Of a stretch of 64,000 nt of DNA, positions 36,270 through 47,127 are shown one piece after another. The notes beneath the pieces were generated by a model. That model saw only the letters and a program-made list of their open reading frames with translations. It did not search any database and was not told where the DNA came from. The translations under genes were made by a program, and so were the position numbers. Where the stretch lies: the IMG/VR virus record IMGVR_UViG_3300035506_000159, one strand, 5' to 3'. This DNA is from an uncultured virus (IMG/VR IMGVR_UViG_3300035506_000159) (taxonomy: Duplodnaviria > Heunggongvirae > Uroviricota > Caudoviricetes). Position 1 is the stretch's first letter; the number at the start of each line of letters is the position of its first letter.

Positions 36270-37232
36270 GTGAAGCAAACTACGATTGAGATTCCAGAAT
36301 TTCTAGATATTGTTGAACTACTAGGAACTAAAGATGCATATTTAAATATGATTAAGCGAGATACAGACTGTAAGATGTCTGTTCGTGGCGATCAAATTGA
36401 TGTTTTTGGTAGTGATATAGAAGTAGATAGAATTTGTGCAGTTTTTGACCGCATGATGCAAATTACAGCAGCGAAACAAGGTCTGACTACCACTGATGTT
36501 GCATTGTTTCTGAAACAAAGTCGTGAAGGCAGTATTTATATTCCAGAGGAAGATAACGTAATTCTTAAATATGGTAAAAAGGAAATCCGCACTAAGACGG
36601 CTGGACAGACTCGCTATTTGCAATCTCTTCGAGATAATGATATTACAATTTGTACTGCACCTCCTGGCGCATCAAAGACTTTTACCGCTGTTGCATATGG
36701 TCTTAATATGCTAATTAATCGAGAGATTGATAATATTATTATTACCCGTCCTCTTGTTGAAGCTGGCGGAGAAAAAATTGGTGCAGAGCCTGGTGATATG
36801 AATACTAAACTCACTAATTGGATGCTACCTTGTCTTGATGTTTTTGAACGTGTTCTTGGTAAAGAGCAACTTCAATCTCATATTGATAAAGATAAAATTC
36901 GCATGATTGCACTTGGCCGGATGAGAGGTCTCAGCTTTTATCGCAGCTTTGTTATTGCAGATGAAATGCAAAATTCTTCAATCGTTCTCGCAAAACTAGT
37001 TGCAACTCGTATTGGTGAACAAAGTAAAATTTGTATTATTGGCGACCCAGCTCAGAAGGATAGCGATAGGCGTTCTGGTCTAGATTATCTAGAACATGCT
37101 TGTAAGAATATTGATGGTGTTGGCGTAGTTAAAATGGGTAACGAAGATGTAGTACGTCATCCAATTATTACTAAGCTACTTGATGCATTTGATAAAGAAG
37201 ATAAACGAATCAGCAACAGCGATCAATTTTAG
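36270..37232 (+). CDS. phoH: PhoH-family protein with N-terminal KH-like domain
   Basis: TRPLVEAG, MRG, DEMQN, GDPAQ, DVVRHP. Confidence 0.9.
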   Translation: MKQTTIEIPEFLDIVELLGTKDAYLNMIKRDTDCKMSVRGDQIDVFGSDIEVDRICAVFDRMMQITAAKQGLTTTDVALFLKQSREGSIYIPEEDNVILKYGKKEIRTKTAGQTRYLQSLRDNDITICTAPPGASKTFTAVAYGLNMLINREIDNIIITRPLVEAGGEKIGAEPGDMNTKLTNWMLPCLDVFERVLGKEQLQSHIDKDKIRMIALGRMRGLSFYRSFVIADEMQNSSIVLAKLVATRIGEQSKICIIGDPAQKDSDRRSGLDYLEHACKNIDGVGVVKMGNEDVVRHPIITKLLDAFDKEDKRISNSDQF

Positions 37233-37241
37233 GAGTCTACA

Positions 37242-38123
37242 ATGCCTTCACGTAAATATAACGAAGGAGATTTAATAGGCCCGAATAATATTTTATTGCT
37301 TAAAAGACTTCCAAATGAGGGGCATAATACTTATGCATTGTTTAAATGTCCCTCATGCGGAAAGGAATTTAAATCTCAAATTTCTCCAGTCGTAAAAGGA
37401 ATAGTAAAAAGTTGTGGATGCCAGCGGCATAATAAAGAAAATTTTCAAAAATATAAAGCAGGAGATTTAGTAGGTCCATATAATATTTTAATGGTAGAAA
37501 GAACAAAAATAATACAAAATCATTCATACGGGAAGTTTATTTGCCCATATCACGATGATTCAAATCATATCTTTGAAACAAGAATTGAATCTGTTGTTTC
37601 TGGTCATACTCGTAGTTGCGGATGTCAAACTTCTATGATAGATTATACTGGAACTAGATTTGGAAAACTTGTTGCTATAGAGCCAACTAGCTATAAGAAT
37701 GGTACAAATGTTTACTGGAAAATGCGGTGTGATTGCGGCAATATATGTTATGTTTCATCTGACCATATTAAAAATACTAAATCATGTGGATGTATAAGTT
37801 CAAAAGGAAATTTAGCAATAAGAGAAATATTAAATGATCTAAATATCTTTTTTATTGCAGAATATAGGTTTAAAGATTGTAAAAACATCAATACGCTACC
37901 TTTTGATTTTTTCTTACCAGAACTTAATACTTGTATTGAGTACGATGGAGAACAACATTTTAATGCAATAGATGCATGGGGTGGAATAGAAAAGTTACAA
38001 AAACAACAAAATAATGATACCATTAAAAATAAATATTGTGAAAAAAATAATATAAAATTAATTAGGATACCTTACTATGATTTTGAACAATTAGATAACA
38101 ATTATATACTAAGGAGATTGTAA
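37242..38123 (+). CDS. free-standing homing-type endonuclease (Zn repeats plus PD-(D/E)xK/Vsr-like domain)
   Basis: Three SCGC repeats; LPFDF..IEYDGEQH..KN.YC..LIRIPY. Confidence 0.8.
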   Translation: MPSRKYNEGDLIGPNNILLLKRLPNEGHNTYALFKCPSCGKEFKSQISPVVKGIVKSCGCQRHNKENFQKYKAGDLVGPYNILMVERTKIIQNHSYGKFICPYHDDSNHIFETRIESVVSGHTRSCGCQTSMIDYTGTRFGKLVAIEPTSYKNGTNVYWKMRCDCGNICYVSSDHIKNTKSCGCISSKGNLAIREILNDLNIFFIAEYRFKDCKNINTLPFDFFLPELNTCIEYDGEQHFNAIDAWGGIEKLQKQQNNDTIKNKYCEKNNIKLIRIPYYDFEQLDNNYILRRL

Positions 38124-38125
38124 AG

Positions 38126-38812
38126 TTGGGTAAGATTACTATTCTAGATGAAACTACGAAGAATCCTATCACACTAGCTGGTCTAATGTCTGGTGTAGCA
38201 TATGGTTCAGATATTACTAGCGATGCTAAGAACTATAAGCGAGGTCTAGAGTGCATTACATCTAATCATGGTCGTGTTCTTGAATTCCCGCAAGTATTCA
38301 TGGAACTAGAGGACTATAGTATCAAGGCAGTTCGTGAAATGATGCGGCATGTTGGTGATGGACTTTCTGTAGTCCAAGAGTCAACACGATATGTTAAGTT
38401 TACAGAGAAGAATTTTAGTTATGTTACTCCTCCAAAGATTGCGGCGAATGAGGATGCACTAAAGCTATATCAAGATACTATGGCTACCATTGGAGAAAAA
38501 TATCTAACTCTTATTGATGAATATAAGATTCCAAAGGAAGATGCATCTGCTCTACTTCCTCTAAATCTTACTACTCGTCTTTCAATGCGGAAAAATGCTC
38601 GTGACCTACAGAATATGTATGCAATTCGTAGCTGTAGTCGTGCATATCATGAAATGCGAGATATGATGGATGACCTTGATGCCGCACTTCGTGCTTACTC
38701 AGAAGAGTGGAATACTCTTTGTGATATTATTTTTAAAACAAAGTGTGAAGTTTGCGGATATTGTACTGAAGCATATGGGTGTGGACGTTATCCTAAGCGA
38801 GAAGAGCTATAA
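38126..38812 (+). CDS. thyX: flavin-dependent thymidylate synthase
   Basis: HGRVLE, REMMRH..QESTRY, EDA..LP, R.C.RA..E.R. Confidence 0.9.
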   Translation: MGKITILDETTKNPITLAGLMSGVAYGSDITSDAKNYKRGLECITSNHGRVLEFPQVFMELEDYSIKAVREMMRHVGDGLSVVQESTRYVKFTEKNFSYVTPPKIAANEDALKLYQDTMATIGEKYLTLIDEYKIPKEDASALLPLNLTTRLSMRKNARDLQNMYAIRSCSRAYHEMRDMMDDLDAALRAYSEEWNTLCDIIFKTKCEVCGYCTEAYGCGRYPKREEL

Positions 38813-38889
38813 AAATAATTTGACAGTAAATAAAAAATAAGTTATAATATAAATGTAATTAATTAACAAAGAGTTAAAAGGAGAATAAG

Positions 38890-39831
38890 TTGAAGAACTT
38901 CGTTAATAAGGCCAATGTTCAGGGTTACGTTTTCTCTCACAATCTTGCTGCCCGCATTTCTAAGAAGGGTGTTCCTTATATTGGTGGTACAGTTCAGATT
39001 GCTACTGATGATGAGGCTATGAATGTTGTTCCTGTATCCTTTATTTATGTCACAGAAACTTTCGCCAAGAGTGGTAAGCCAAATGATACATACACCACGC
39101 TAAAGGAGATTATTGAGGGTGACACTACTTTTGAGACAGCTGGCACAAATGCTCCTCGTGTTCGCATTGATGGTCGTGTTGGAGTAAATGATTTTGTTAG
39201 CCGAGATGGTGAGATGGTTTCTGCCAAGCGTATTGAAGGTTCTTTCGCTCATTTTATGTCTCCTGCCGAGAAGCTAAATGATCGACCTGCAACTTTTGAT
39301 ATGGATATGCTAATTTCTGGTTGCGGCACTCGTGAGTCTAATATTACTGGTAATGAGTATGCAGACCTTTCTGGTTATGTTTTTAATTTTCGTGGCGACC
39401 TAATTCCTGTAACTGTTCAGGTTACGAATGAAGCTGGCGTTAATTATTTTGTTGACCAGGATATTTCTAACAAGAATCCTATGCTTACTCGTGTTTGGGG
39501 TAATATTAAGTCTGACCAGATTCAGATTGCGAGTGAGACTGAATCTGCGTGGGGTGGTCCTTCTGAGGAGTATACTACCCGCACAATTCGTTCTTGGGAT
39601 GTGGTAGGTTCTTCTGCCGAGCCAATGGAATTTGATGATGATTCTACAATCACTAAGAAGGAACTCAAGGCAGCTCTAGCAGCTCGTGAAGAGCGACTTG
39701 CAGAAGTTAAGCGTAATCATGAAGAATATCTTGCTTCTCGTAGTAATGCATCTGCATTTGCCGCAGCTCCTAAGAATGATGTTCCATTTGATAATGCATC
39801 AGACGATGATGATGACGATTTCGATTTCTAA
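38890..39831 (+). CDS. single-stranded DNA-binding protein
   Basis: Acidic DDDDDFDF tail, position in the replication module. Confidence 0.7.
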   Translation: MKNFVNKANVQGYVFSHNLAARISKKGVPYIGGTVQIATDDEAMNVVPVSFIYVTETFAKSGKPNDTYTTLKEIIEGDTTFETAGTNAPRVRIDGRVGVNDFVSRDGEMVSAKRIEGSFAHFMSPAEKLNDRPATFDMDMLISGCGTRESNITGNEYADLSGYVFNFRGDLIPVTVQVTNEAGVNYFVDQDISNKNPMLTRVWGNIKSDQIQIASETESAWGGPSEEYTTRTIRSWDVVGSSAEPMEFDDDSTITKKELKAALAAREERLAEVKRNHEEYLASRSNASAFAAAPKNDVPFDNASDDDDDDFDF

Positions 39832-39907
39832 AATATAATTGAATAAGGTGGGATGAAATATTCCCACCTTCTTTTTCTATTGGATATAATATTAGAAAGG
39901 AAATATT

Positions 39908-40541
39908 TTGGGTATCGATATTTTTTCTATTCAACCTCATGAAGTAAGTCGTGACCTTTCTGGATATACTGTACTTTTTTATGGCGAGCCAAAAACTGGT
40001 AAGACAACTACTGCTGCAAAATTTGATAAAGCTCTCTTGCTAGCTTTCGAGACTGGTTATCTAGCAATCCCAGGTGTAATGGCACAGCCTATTAATAAGT
40101 GGTCTGAATTTAAGCAGGTTCTTCGCCAACTAAAGGACGAAAAGGCACATGAGTCATTCAAAAATATAATTCTAGATACTGCCGATATTGCGTATGATCT
40201 ATGCGAGAAGTATATTTGCGCACAAGCTGGTGTTTCAGCTATTAATGAAATTCCATATGGCCAAGGTTGGACTAAGGCCGCAAAGGAATTTGACGAAGCT
40301 ATTCGTTCAATTCCGCAGATGGGCTATGGTCTAGTCATGATTTCACATTCTCAGGATAAGGTTTTTAAAGATGAAGATGGTAATGAGTACAATCAGATTG
40401 TACCAACTCTTCCAAATAAGGCTCGACTAATTGTAGACCGCGCTGCCGATATTATTGGCTATGCACATCCCGTTCAAGATGAAGATGGTTCTACTCATAC
40501 TCGTCTATATATGCGTGGTACTCCTCGATTCGTTGCTGGGT
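39908..40541 (+). CDS. AAA_24/Sak4-like ATPase, exon 1
   Basis: GEPKTGKT, ILDT, ISH; ends FVAG-T at the 5' splice site. Confidence 0.85.
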
Positions 40542-41679
40542 CAATTTTAACTTATTAATTCGCAAGGAGAAAACATGAAAGTCCAAAGAAATAGAAACGG
40601 ACACATTTCTTGGACTGATGAACTTATTAATTTTATTATTGAAAATAGATATAATATATCATATGCTTCCAGAGAAACTGGAATAAGAAATCAAACGATT
40701 TCTAGAAAATTAAATCAACTTGGCTACACAGATAGAACAAAAGGAAATCTTAGAAAATATACTGTGAATGAAAACATATTTGATAATATAGATTCTAAAG
40801 AAAAAGCATATTATTTAGGATTATTAGCGGCTGATGGCTCTCTTAATCAAAATAGTAGTTTAGTTAGATTATCTTTACACAATAATGATAAATATATGTT
40901 AGAGCAATTTAATGATTTTGTTGGGAGTAATAGACCAATTTTTTCTAATAAAAACGATTGTTGTAGTGAAGCTTGTATTAATAGTTTTTATATGCAGAAA
41001 AGTTTAATAAAATTTGGTGTAGGGTATCAAAAAAGTTACAATTTAAAAGCACCAAATATAAATAATTTATATGCAAAATCTTTTATTCTTGGTTTATTCG
41101 ATGGTGATGGTTCAATTTCAAAAACAATAGATAAAGACGGTTATCCACATTATAGTTTTAGAATCACTGGAACAAAAGATATATTAGAATATTGTGCTAG
41201 TCATCTTTATATATTCGATGGTAAATATTCTATAAAGTTAGAACATCGCTGCAAAGATACATACCAATTAAGCGTTATAGGAAATAAAAAAACAGCATTG
41301 TTATTATTAGATTTATATGATAATAATTTTAATAAGCCATTAAAAAGAAAATATTTCCGTTTTCAAGAATTAATAAATTATAACGGCTCCTTTAAAGAGG
41401 AATCTTTATCGAAAAACCTTCCTAACCTATAAAAATAGGGTGTCCTTTTATAACAACAGGGCTAACGGTTCAGAAGTAAGAAATTACATTATGAGTAAGG
41501 GAACCTAAGTCTTTTTAAGATAAGGCAATACCGTGCAAAGTTCTTATTTATTATAAGAATATGTGTATCGACTATCCCGGCAGGGAGTAGGATTTTAGTG
41601 AAATTCTAAGTCCGAAATGGAAGGGGACCAGAACGGTTCAAGATATAGTCAGTCCCTTTGCGAAAGCATTGGATAGACG
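40542..41679 (+). mobile_element. group I intron (1138 nt) with LAGLIDADG gene
   Basis: U before 5' splice site, terminal G; P3 CCTTCC/GGAAGG, P7 GACTA/TAGTC; splicing gives ..AGSRFKHTPDY. Confidence 0.88.
40575..41432 (+). CDS. intron-encoded double-motif LAGLIDADG homing endonuclease
   Basis: YYLGLLAADGS and FILGLFDGDGS. Confidence 0.9.
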   Translation: MKVQRNRNGHISWTDELINFIIENRYNISYASRETGIRNQTISRKLNQLGYTDRTKGNLRKYTVNENIFDNIDSKEKAYYLGLLAADGSLNQNSSLVRLSLHNNDKYMLEQFNDFVGSNRPIFSNKNDCCSEACINSFYMQKSLIKFGVGYQKSYNLKAPNINNLYAKSFILGLFDGDGSISKTIDKDGYPHYSFRITGTKDILEYCASHLYIFDGKYSIKLEHRCKDTYQLSVIGNKKTALLLLDLYDNNFNKPLKRKYFRFQELINYNGSFKEESLSKNLPNL

Positions 41680-42053
41680 CACGTTTTAAACATACTCCAG
41701 ATTATCTAGAATACTTTACCTATGATAATTTGGTTAATGCTATTGGCGATGCAATTGATAAGCAAGCCGCAGAAGATGATGGTAAATTTGTAACTTCTGA
41801 ACGAACTACTGCTTATCAAGTTGATGAATCCAAGAGTTATGATGAACTTATGCATGACATTAAAGAGCTAATCAAGAAGATTCAGAGTAATACTGGTGCT
41901 GAATTTAAGACTAAGTGGCAACCAAAGATTACTGCTATTACTGATAAGTATCTTGGTGTGGGTAAGAAGGTTAATGATTGTACTCCAATGCAAACTGAGC
42001 AGCTAGAACTTATTTATACAGACCTTGCTGATGAAGTTGCTAATGGACTTTAA
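41680..42053 (+). CDS. AAA_24/Sak4-like ATPase, exon 2 (spliced product 335 aa)
   Basis: In frame after T|CA junction. Confidence 0.82.
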
Positions 42054-42160
42054 GTAATATATAAGAGGGATATGAAGAATATCCCTCTTTTTTTATCTCT
42101 TGACAAAGCATAAGATATGTGATATAATATATATAAATAAAAATGATGTTAGGAGGTCAA

Positions 42161-42685
42161 ATGGCAAAGATAGAAGTAAAATGCCCTTGGTGCGGAGAAA
42201 AATTTGACCGCAATAACCCAGAAAATAAATATGTATATGAAGGCCGCAGATATTATCATGAAGCTTGTTACCAAGAGAAAAAAGAAAAAGAGAAAGATAG
42301 CGATAAAACAAAGATTGCGGAAATTAGAAGTAAAGCAGCTCAGTGGTTAGGTGATTCTACTAATTATGCTATGGTATCTAAACAGATTAATAGCTATCTC
42401 AAAGATGGATGGTCATATCAAGAAATATATAATGCATTAGTATATTGGATTGATGTGCGGCAAGAAAATCCGCAAAAGGCAAATGGTGGAATTGCAATTC
42501 TAAATTATATTAGAAAAGACTCCGCAAAATATTGGGAAAATCAAAAAAAGATGGAAGAACAAGGTGAAGAAGTAAAAGAAAATCTTGAAGATTATATTTC
42601 TTTTAGACACCAAGAACGAGTTGTTCCATCTAAAAGATATAAGATTCAGCGTCCAAAAAGGACTAACTTTTTTGAATTAGATTAG
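42161..42685 (+). CDS. zinc-finger protein upstream of helicase (possible loader or initiator)
   Basis: CPWC...HEAC; AGGAGG SD; role inferred from position. Confidence 0.6.
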   Translation: MAKIEVKCPWCGEKFDRNNPENKYVYEGRRYYHEACYQEKKEKEKDSDKTKIAEIRSKAAQWLGDSTNYAMVSKQINSYLKDGWSYQEIYNALVYWIDVRQENPQKANGGIAILNYIRKDSAKYWENQKKMEEQGEEVKENLEDYISFRHQERVVPSKRYKIQRPKRTNFFELD

Positions 42686-42694
42686 GAGGGATAA

Positions 42695-44188
42695 GTGAGT
42701 CAATATTATGATTCAGCAGCAGCAATTCAAGCAATTGGTTGTTGCTTCAATAATCCCTCTCTTCTAGATGCTGGTAGTGGTTATACTTTATCTGATACTG
42801 ATTTTGTAACTGATTTTCATAGAGTTGTTTTTGCTTCAATTGCAAATCTTCATAATGCTGGTGCGGAAAATATAGGCATTAAAACTATTGAAGATTACTT
42901 AGCAAAAAGACCAAAGAGTTTAGCCATTTACAAAGATAGTGATGGTAGTAACTGGTTAATGAAAGTATTAAAAGAAGCACAGCCAACTAACTTTGATTAT
43001 TATTATAATCGAGTTAAGAAAATGTCATTACTTCGTGGATATAATGATATTGGAATGGATGTTTCTTTTATTCTTGATGAAGATAATGTTTTTGATATTG
43101 CAATGCGAGAAGAGCAAGAAAAGAAATTAAACGCTATGTCTCTTCAAGATATTGCAGATGAAGTCGAGAACAGAATAGTTAGAATTAAAGAAGTCATTGT
43201 AGATAATGACTCAGATGAATCTTGTCAAATTGGTGATGGTCTAGAAAATCTAGTTGAACGACTTAAAGATGAACCTGTTCGAGGCTATCCATTATTTGAC
43301 CGAGGCAATAATATTGTTACAATGGGTGGTAGATTAGGAACATTTTATCTCAGGTCGGCTTCCACAGGCGTAGGAAAGTCCAGAACCGCTATGGCAGATG
43401 CATGTTTCTTGGCATGTGACCGCATGTGGGATAATGGACAGTGGGTAAGTATAGGCGAGAAGATTCCAACTGTCTTTATTTCTGTAGAGCTTGATAAAGA
43501 AGAACTGCAAACAATGGCTTTGGCTTTTATTAGTGGAGTACCAGAAAATCATATTCTAGAACAACAATTTGATTTTGAAGAAGTAGATAGAGTAGCTGAA
43601 GCAATTAAAATCCTCAATGAATCAAAACTATTTATTGAATATCTACCAGATTATAGCATGATGGATATTGAGAATTGTATTAAGAGAAATATTAGAGTGA
43701 ATAAAACATCGGCAGTATTTCTTGATTATATTGCTACTTCAATGAAGATGATGGAAGAACTTAAAAGAAATGTTGGTTCGATGGTAGCACGAGAAGACCA
43801 AGCATTATTTCTTCTTGCAACAAAGATTAAGGATATTGCACAAAAATATGGTGTGTTTATTTATTCTTCAACTCAGCTAAGTAATAATTTTAAAGGCGAA
43901 AGAATCTTAGACCAAGGTATGCTTGCTGGAGCAAAAGCAATTGCTAACCGTGTCGATGTTGGTGAAATCATGGTTGACATGACTCCGCAAGATTTAGAAG
44001 AAATTAAACCACTATTAGATGCAAATCCTGGTCTTGGAACTCCAAATGTAAAAATGTCAATATATAAAAATCGTAGAGGTAAATTCAATAGAATTATATT
44101 GTGGATGAAGGCAGATAAAAGTACATGTAGGTATGAAACAATTTTTGCAACAGATTACAACTATACATTAATTAATCTAGAAGCATAG
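42695..44188 (+). CDS. dnaB: DnaB-like replicative helicase
   Basis: STGVGKS, ISVEL, FLDY, STQL, KNRRG. Confidence 0.88.
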   Translation: MSQYYDSAAAIQAIGCCFNNPSLLDAGSGYTLSDTDFVTDFHRVVFASIANLHNAGAENIGIKTIEDYLAKRPKSLAIYKDSDGSNWLMKVLKEAQPTNFDYYYNRVKKMSLLRGYNDIGMDVSFILDEDNVFDIAMREEQEKKLNAMSLQDIADEVENRIVRIKEVIVDNDSDESCQIGDGLENLVERLKDEPVRGYPLFDRGNNIVTMGGRLGTFYLRSASTGVGKSRTAMADACFLACDRMWDNGQWVSIGEKIPTVFISVELDKEELQTMALAFISGVPENHILEQQFDFEEVDRVAEAIKILNESKLFIEYLPDYSMMDIENCIKRNIRVNKTSAVFLDYIATSMKMMEELKRNVGSMVAREDQALFLLATKIKDIAQKYGVFIYSSTQLSNNFKGERILDQGMLAGAKAIANRVDVGEIMVDMTPQDLEEIKPLLDANPGLGTPNVKMSIYKNRRGKFNRIILWMKADKSTCRYETIFATDYNYTLINLEA

Positions 44189-44202
44189 AAAGGAGAGTAA
44201 AC

Positions 44203-45279
44203 ATGTATAACAAAGACGATGTGAAAGATGCTATCGAAATGGAAGATGTTTACTCTCTTCTCGATTATTTTCAAGCAGACCCGCAAATGTATTCTGACCA
44301 AATCATCAGCCGCACCGTCTGTCATGGTGGAGATAGTCATAAGCTATATTATTATGACGAACAACAATTATTTCACTGTTATTCTGGTTGCCATGATAGC
44401 TTTGATATATTTGAATTAGTACAACGAGTGCGGCATATCGATGACTTGAATCAAGCAATTATTTTTGTTGTAGAATTTTTCAATTTGCAAGGCAGGGTTG
44501 AATCTGAAAATATAAATACTCATGATAGTGAAGATTGGAAAATTCTAGCCGCATATGATAAGATTAATTCTATTCAATATGAAGAAGTTAACCAAGTCAA
44601 ACTCCCCATTTTAAATGAAAATATACTAAAATACTATCCAAAACCAATAGTCAAACCTTGGATTAGAGATAATATTAGTCAAGATATTTGCAATTACATG
44701 GGAATTTGCTATGACCCAGTAGATGGAAATATCCTAATCCCGCACAGGGATATTGAGGGAAATCTTATAGGCATTAGACAAAGGACTCTAATCAGAGAAC
44801 AAGAGCAATATGGTAAATATAAACCTTGGCGCAGAGGTACTCAACTTTACAATCATCCTCTTGGATTTAATCTATATGGAATTAATAATGCCAAGAGTAA
44901 CATAGCAAAAGTAAAAACTGCAATTGTAGTAGAATCTGAAAAATCAGTATTGCAATCAATGAGTTATCTTGGAACTGCTAACAATATTGCAGTAGCTGTA
45001 TGCGGCAGTTCACTTTCAAAATATCAATTCAACATGCTTCTCAATCTAGGAGTTAATGAAGTAGTAATTGGTTTTGACAAAGACTTTGAAGAAATAGGTT
45101 CAGCGGAATATTTTCAAGTAATAAATAAATTAGAAAAGATATATGCAAAGTATCATACTTATGCTAATATTAGTTTTCTATTCGATGCAGAGAATGATAC
45201 TCTAGGATATAAAAATTCTCCTTTTGATAAAGGTAAAGATGCTTTCATGAAATTGTGGCGGCATCGTATATATTTATAG
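44203..45279 (+). CDS. DNA primase (zinc-binding plus TOPRIM)
   Basis: CH...FHCYSGC, LYG, VESEKS, FDKD. Confidence 0.85.
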   Translation: MYNKDDVKDAIEMEDVYSLLDYFQADPQMYSDQIISRTVCHGGDSHKLYYYDEQQLFHCYSGCHDSFDIFELVQRVRHIDDLNQAIIFVVEFFNLQGRVESENINTHDSEDWKILAAYDKINSIQYEEVNQVKLPILNENILKYYPKPIVKPWIRDNISQDICNYMGICYDPVDGNILIPHRDIEGNLIGIRQRTLIREQEQYGKYKPWRRGTQLYNHPLGFNLYGINNAKSNIAKVKTAIVVESEKSVLQSMSYLGTANNIAVAVCGSSLSKYQFNMLLNLGVNEVVIGFDKDFEEIGSAEYFQVINKLEKIYAKYHTYANISFLFDAENDTLGYKNSPFDKGKDAFMKLWRHRIYL

Positions 45280-45338
45280 TTGACAAATTAAAATTAAAAT
45301 AGTATAATATATTTAGATAAAAATACTATTTATAAAGG

Positions 45339-47111
45339 GTGATTATGAATTATAAACTTTACAAGGAAACAAATCCGCAATATTCAGCGTTGCAGCAAAT
45401 TCTATATAATCGTGGTATTCCGATAGAAAAACAAGAAGAGTGGCTTAATGCAAATGAAAATGATATTTATTCTTGGCGAGAGCTAGATAACAGTCTTAAG
45501 ATGCAGCGAGCGGTTCAAATGGTTCAAGATACCATTTTAAAGAATAATGATATTCTTGTAGTAGTAGATGCGGATTGTGATGGATATACTTCTGCAGCTA
45601 TCATTCTCAATTATATTTATAAGCATTATCCTGATTATTATAAAGACCATATGTCTTATGTTCATCATGCAGGTAAGGAACATGGTCTTAATGATGTTCT
45701 AGATACTATTCTTGAACAGAAGCCTGCATTAGTGATTGCACCAGATGGTGGTACAAATGACCTAGCCGCGCATAATATTCTTAATGAAAACAATATCAAG
45801 GTTCTTATCCTTGACCACCATGACGTTGAAGCAGATAAGAATATTGAATCCAGTCCAGCTTTGATTATTAATGTTCAACTAAGCAATTATCAAAATAAGG
45901 CTTTAACTGGCGCAGGAGTGGCATATAAGTTTTGTTGTGCATATTCTGAGCTTAATCATTTTGATGAACCTACTTGGTTAATGGATTTGTGTGCGCTTGG
46001 AAATTGCGGAGACATGAGTGACTATACTCAATTAGAAACTCGTGCAATTATTAATGTTGGTTTTAATAATATTAATAATAAATTTATCGATGCTATGGTA
46101 CAAAAAAATGGATATATTCTTGAAAAGAGAAATGGAATTAATTATAATTCATGTGCATTTGCAATTATTCCATTTATTAATAGCATAACTAGAAGTGGCA
46201 CACAAGAAGAGAAAACAATTATATTTGAAGCCATGTTAGATGCTAATAGAAACCAAAAAGTTCCTTCATCAAAGAGAGGTGCAAAACATACCTTAGTTCC
46301 ACTACATGATGAAGCAGTTCTAGTTGCTGAGAGAGTTAAGCGTCGTCAAACCAAACTACAAGATGAAGCTATGGCTTTCTTAGAGCATAAAATTGAAGAT
46401 GAAAATCTTCTTGATGACGCTATGCTTCTCTTACTTTGCAATCCTGGTGAAGTAGAAAAGAATCTCGCGGGACTTGTAGCAAATAAACTTCAGGCAAAAT
46501 ATCAAAGGCCAACAGCTGTTTTAACCAGAAACAAGAGCAAAGATGACACGGAATATTTCTATCGTGGTTCTATGCGGAATTATTCCATGTCTGAAAATCA
46601 AAATCTTAAAGATACTCTTTTAGCTACTGGTCATATTGAATTTTGTTCTGGGCATCAATCAGCGGCAGGATTAGGTATAGCTGAATCAGAGCTAGATGAT
46701 TTTATTGCGGCGATGAATAAAGCATATGAAAATATCAATCTAGAAGCAACTTATTGGGTTGACTATATTTGGTATAAAAATACAATTGATGCAGATAAGA
46801 TTCTAGATATTGGCCGCATGAATATCTTTGGTCAAAATATGCCAGAATCTACTGTATGTATCTGTGATATTCCTCTAGATTCATCAAAGGTAACTTTAAT
46901 GTCCAAAGATAAAAATCCAACTCTAAAGATTAGTGTCAATGGAGTCGATATGATTAAATTTAAGTCTAGTCAAGAAGAGTTTGATGAATGGACCAGTGGA
47001 GATAAGGTTTTAACTGTTATTGGTAAATGTAAAGTAAATGAATGGAATGGAAAAGTATCTCCACAAATTATTGTTGATGACTATGAACTTACTGAAGAAT
47101 GGATTTTTTAA
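45339..47111 (+). CDS. recJ: RecJ-like ssDNA exonuclease (DHH)
   Basis: DADCDG, DHH, GAGV, GSMR, GHQSAAG. Confidence 0.9.
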   Translation: MIMNYKLYKETNPQYSALQQILYNRGIPIEKQEEWLNANENDIYSWRELDNSLKMQRAVQMVQDTILKNNDILVVVDADCDGYTSAAIILNYIYKHYPDYYKDHMSYVHHAGKEHGLNDVLDTILEQKPALVIAPDGGTNDLAAHNILNENNIKVLILDHHDVEADKNIESSPALIINVQLSNYQNKALTGAGVAYKFCCAYSELNHFDEPTWLMDLCALGNCGDMSDYTQLETRAIINVGFNNINNKFIDAMVQKNGYILEKRNGINYNSCAFAIIPFINSITRSGTQEEKTIIFEAMLDANRNQKVPSSKRGAKHTLVPLHDEAVLVAERVKRRQTKLQDEAMAFLEHKIEDENLLDDAMLLLLCNPGEVEKNLAGLVANKLQAKYQRPTAVLTRNKSKDDTEYFYRGSMRNYSMSENQNLKDTLLATGHIEFCSGHQSAAGLGIAESELDDFIAAMNKAYENINLEATYWVDYIWYKNTIDADKILDIGRMNIFGQNMPESTVCICDIPLDSSKVTLMSKDKNPTLKISVNGVDMIKFKSSQEEFDEWTSGDKVLTVIGKCKVNEWNGKVSPQIIVDDYELTEEWIF

Positions 47112-47127
47112 TTAAAAAATAAAAATT

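Noticed and set aside
41658..42053. Independent gene starting at TTG 41658
   Set aside because: Start lies in the intron 3' end with no SD; it is exon 2 of the ATPase
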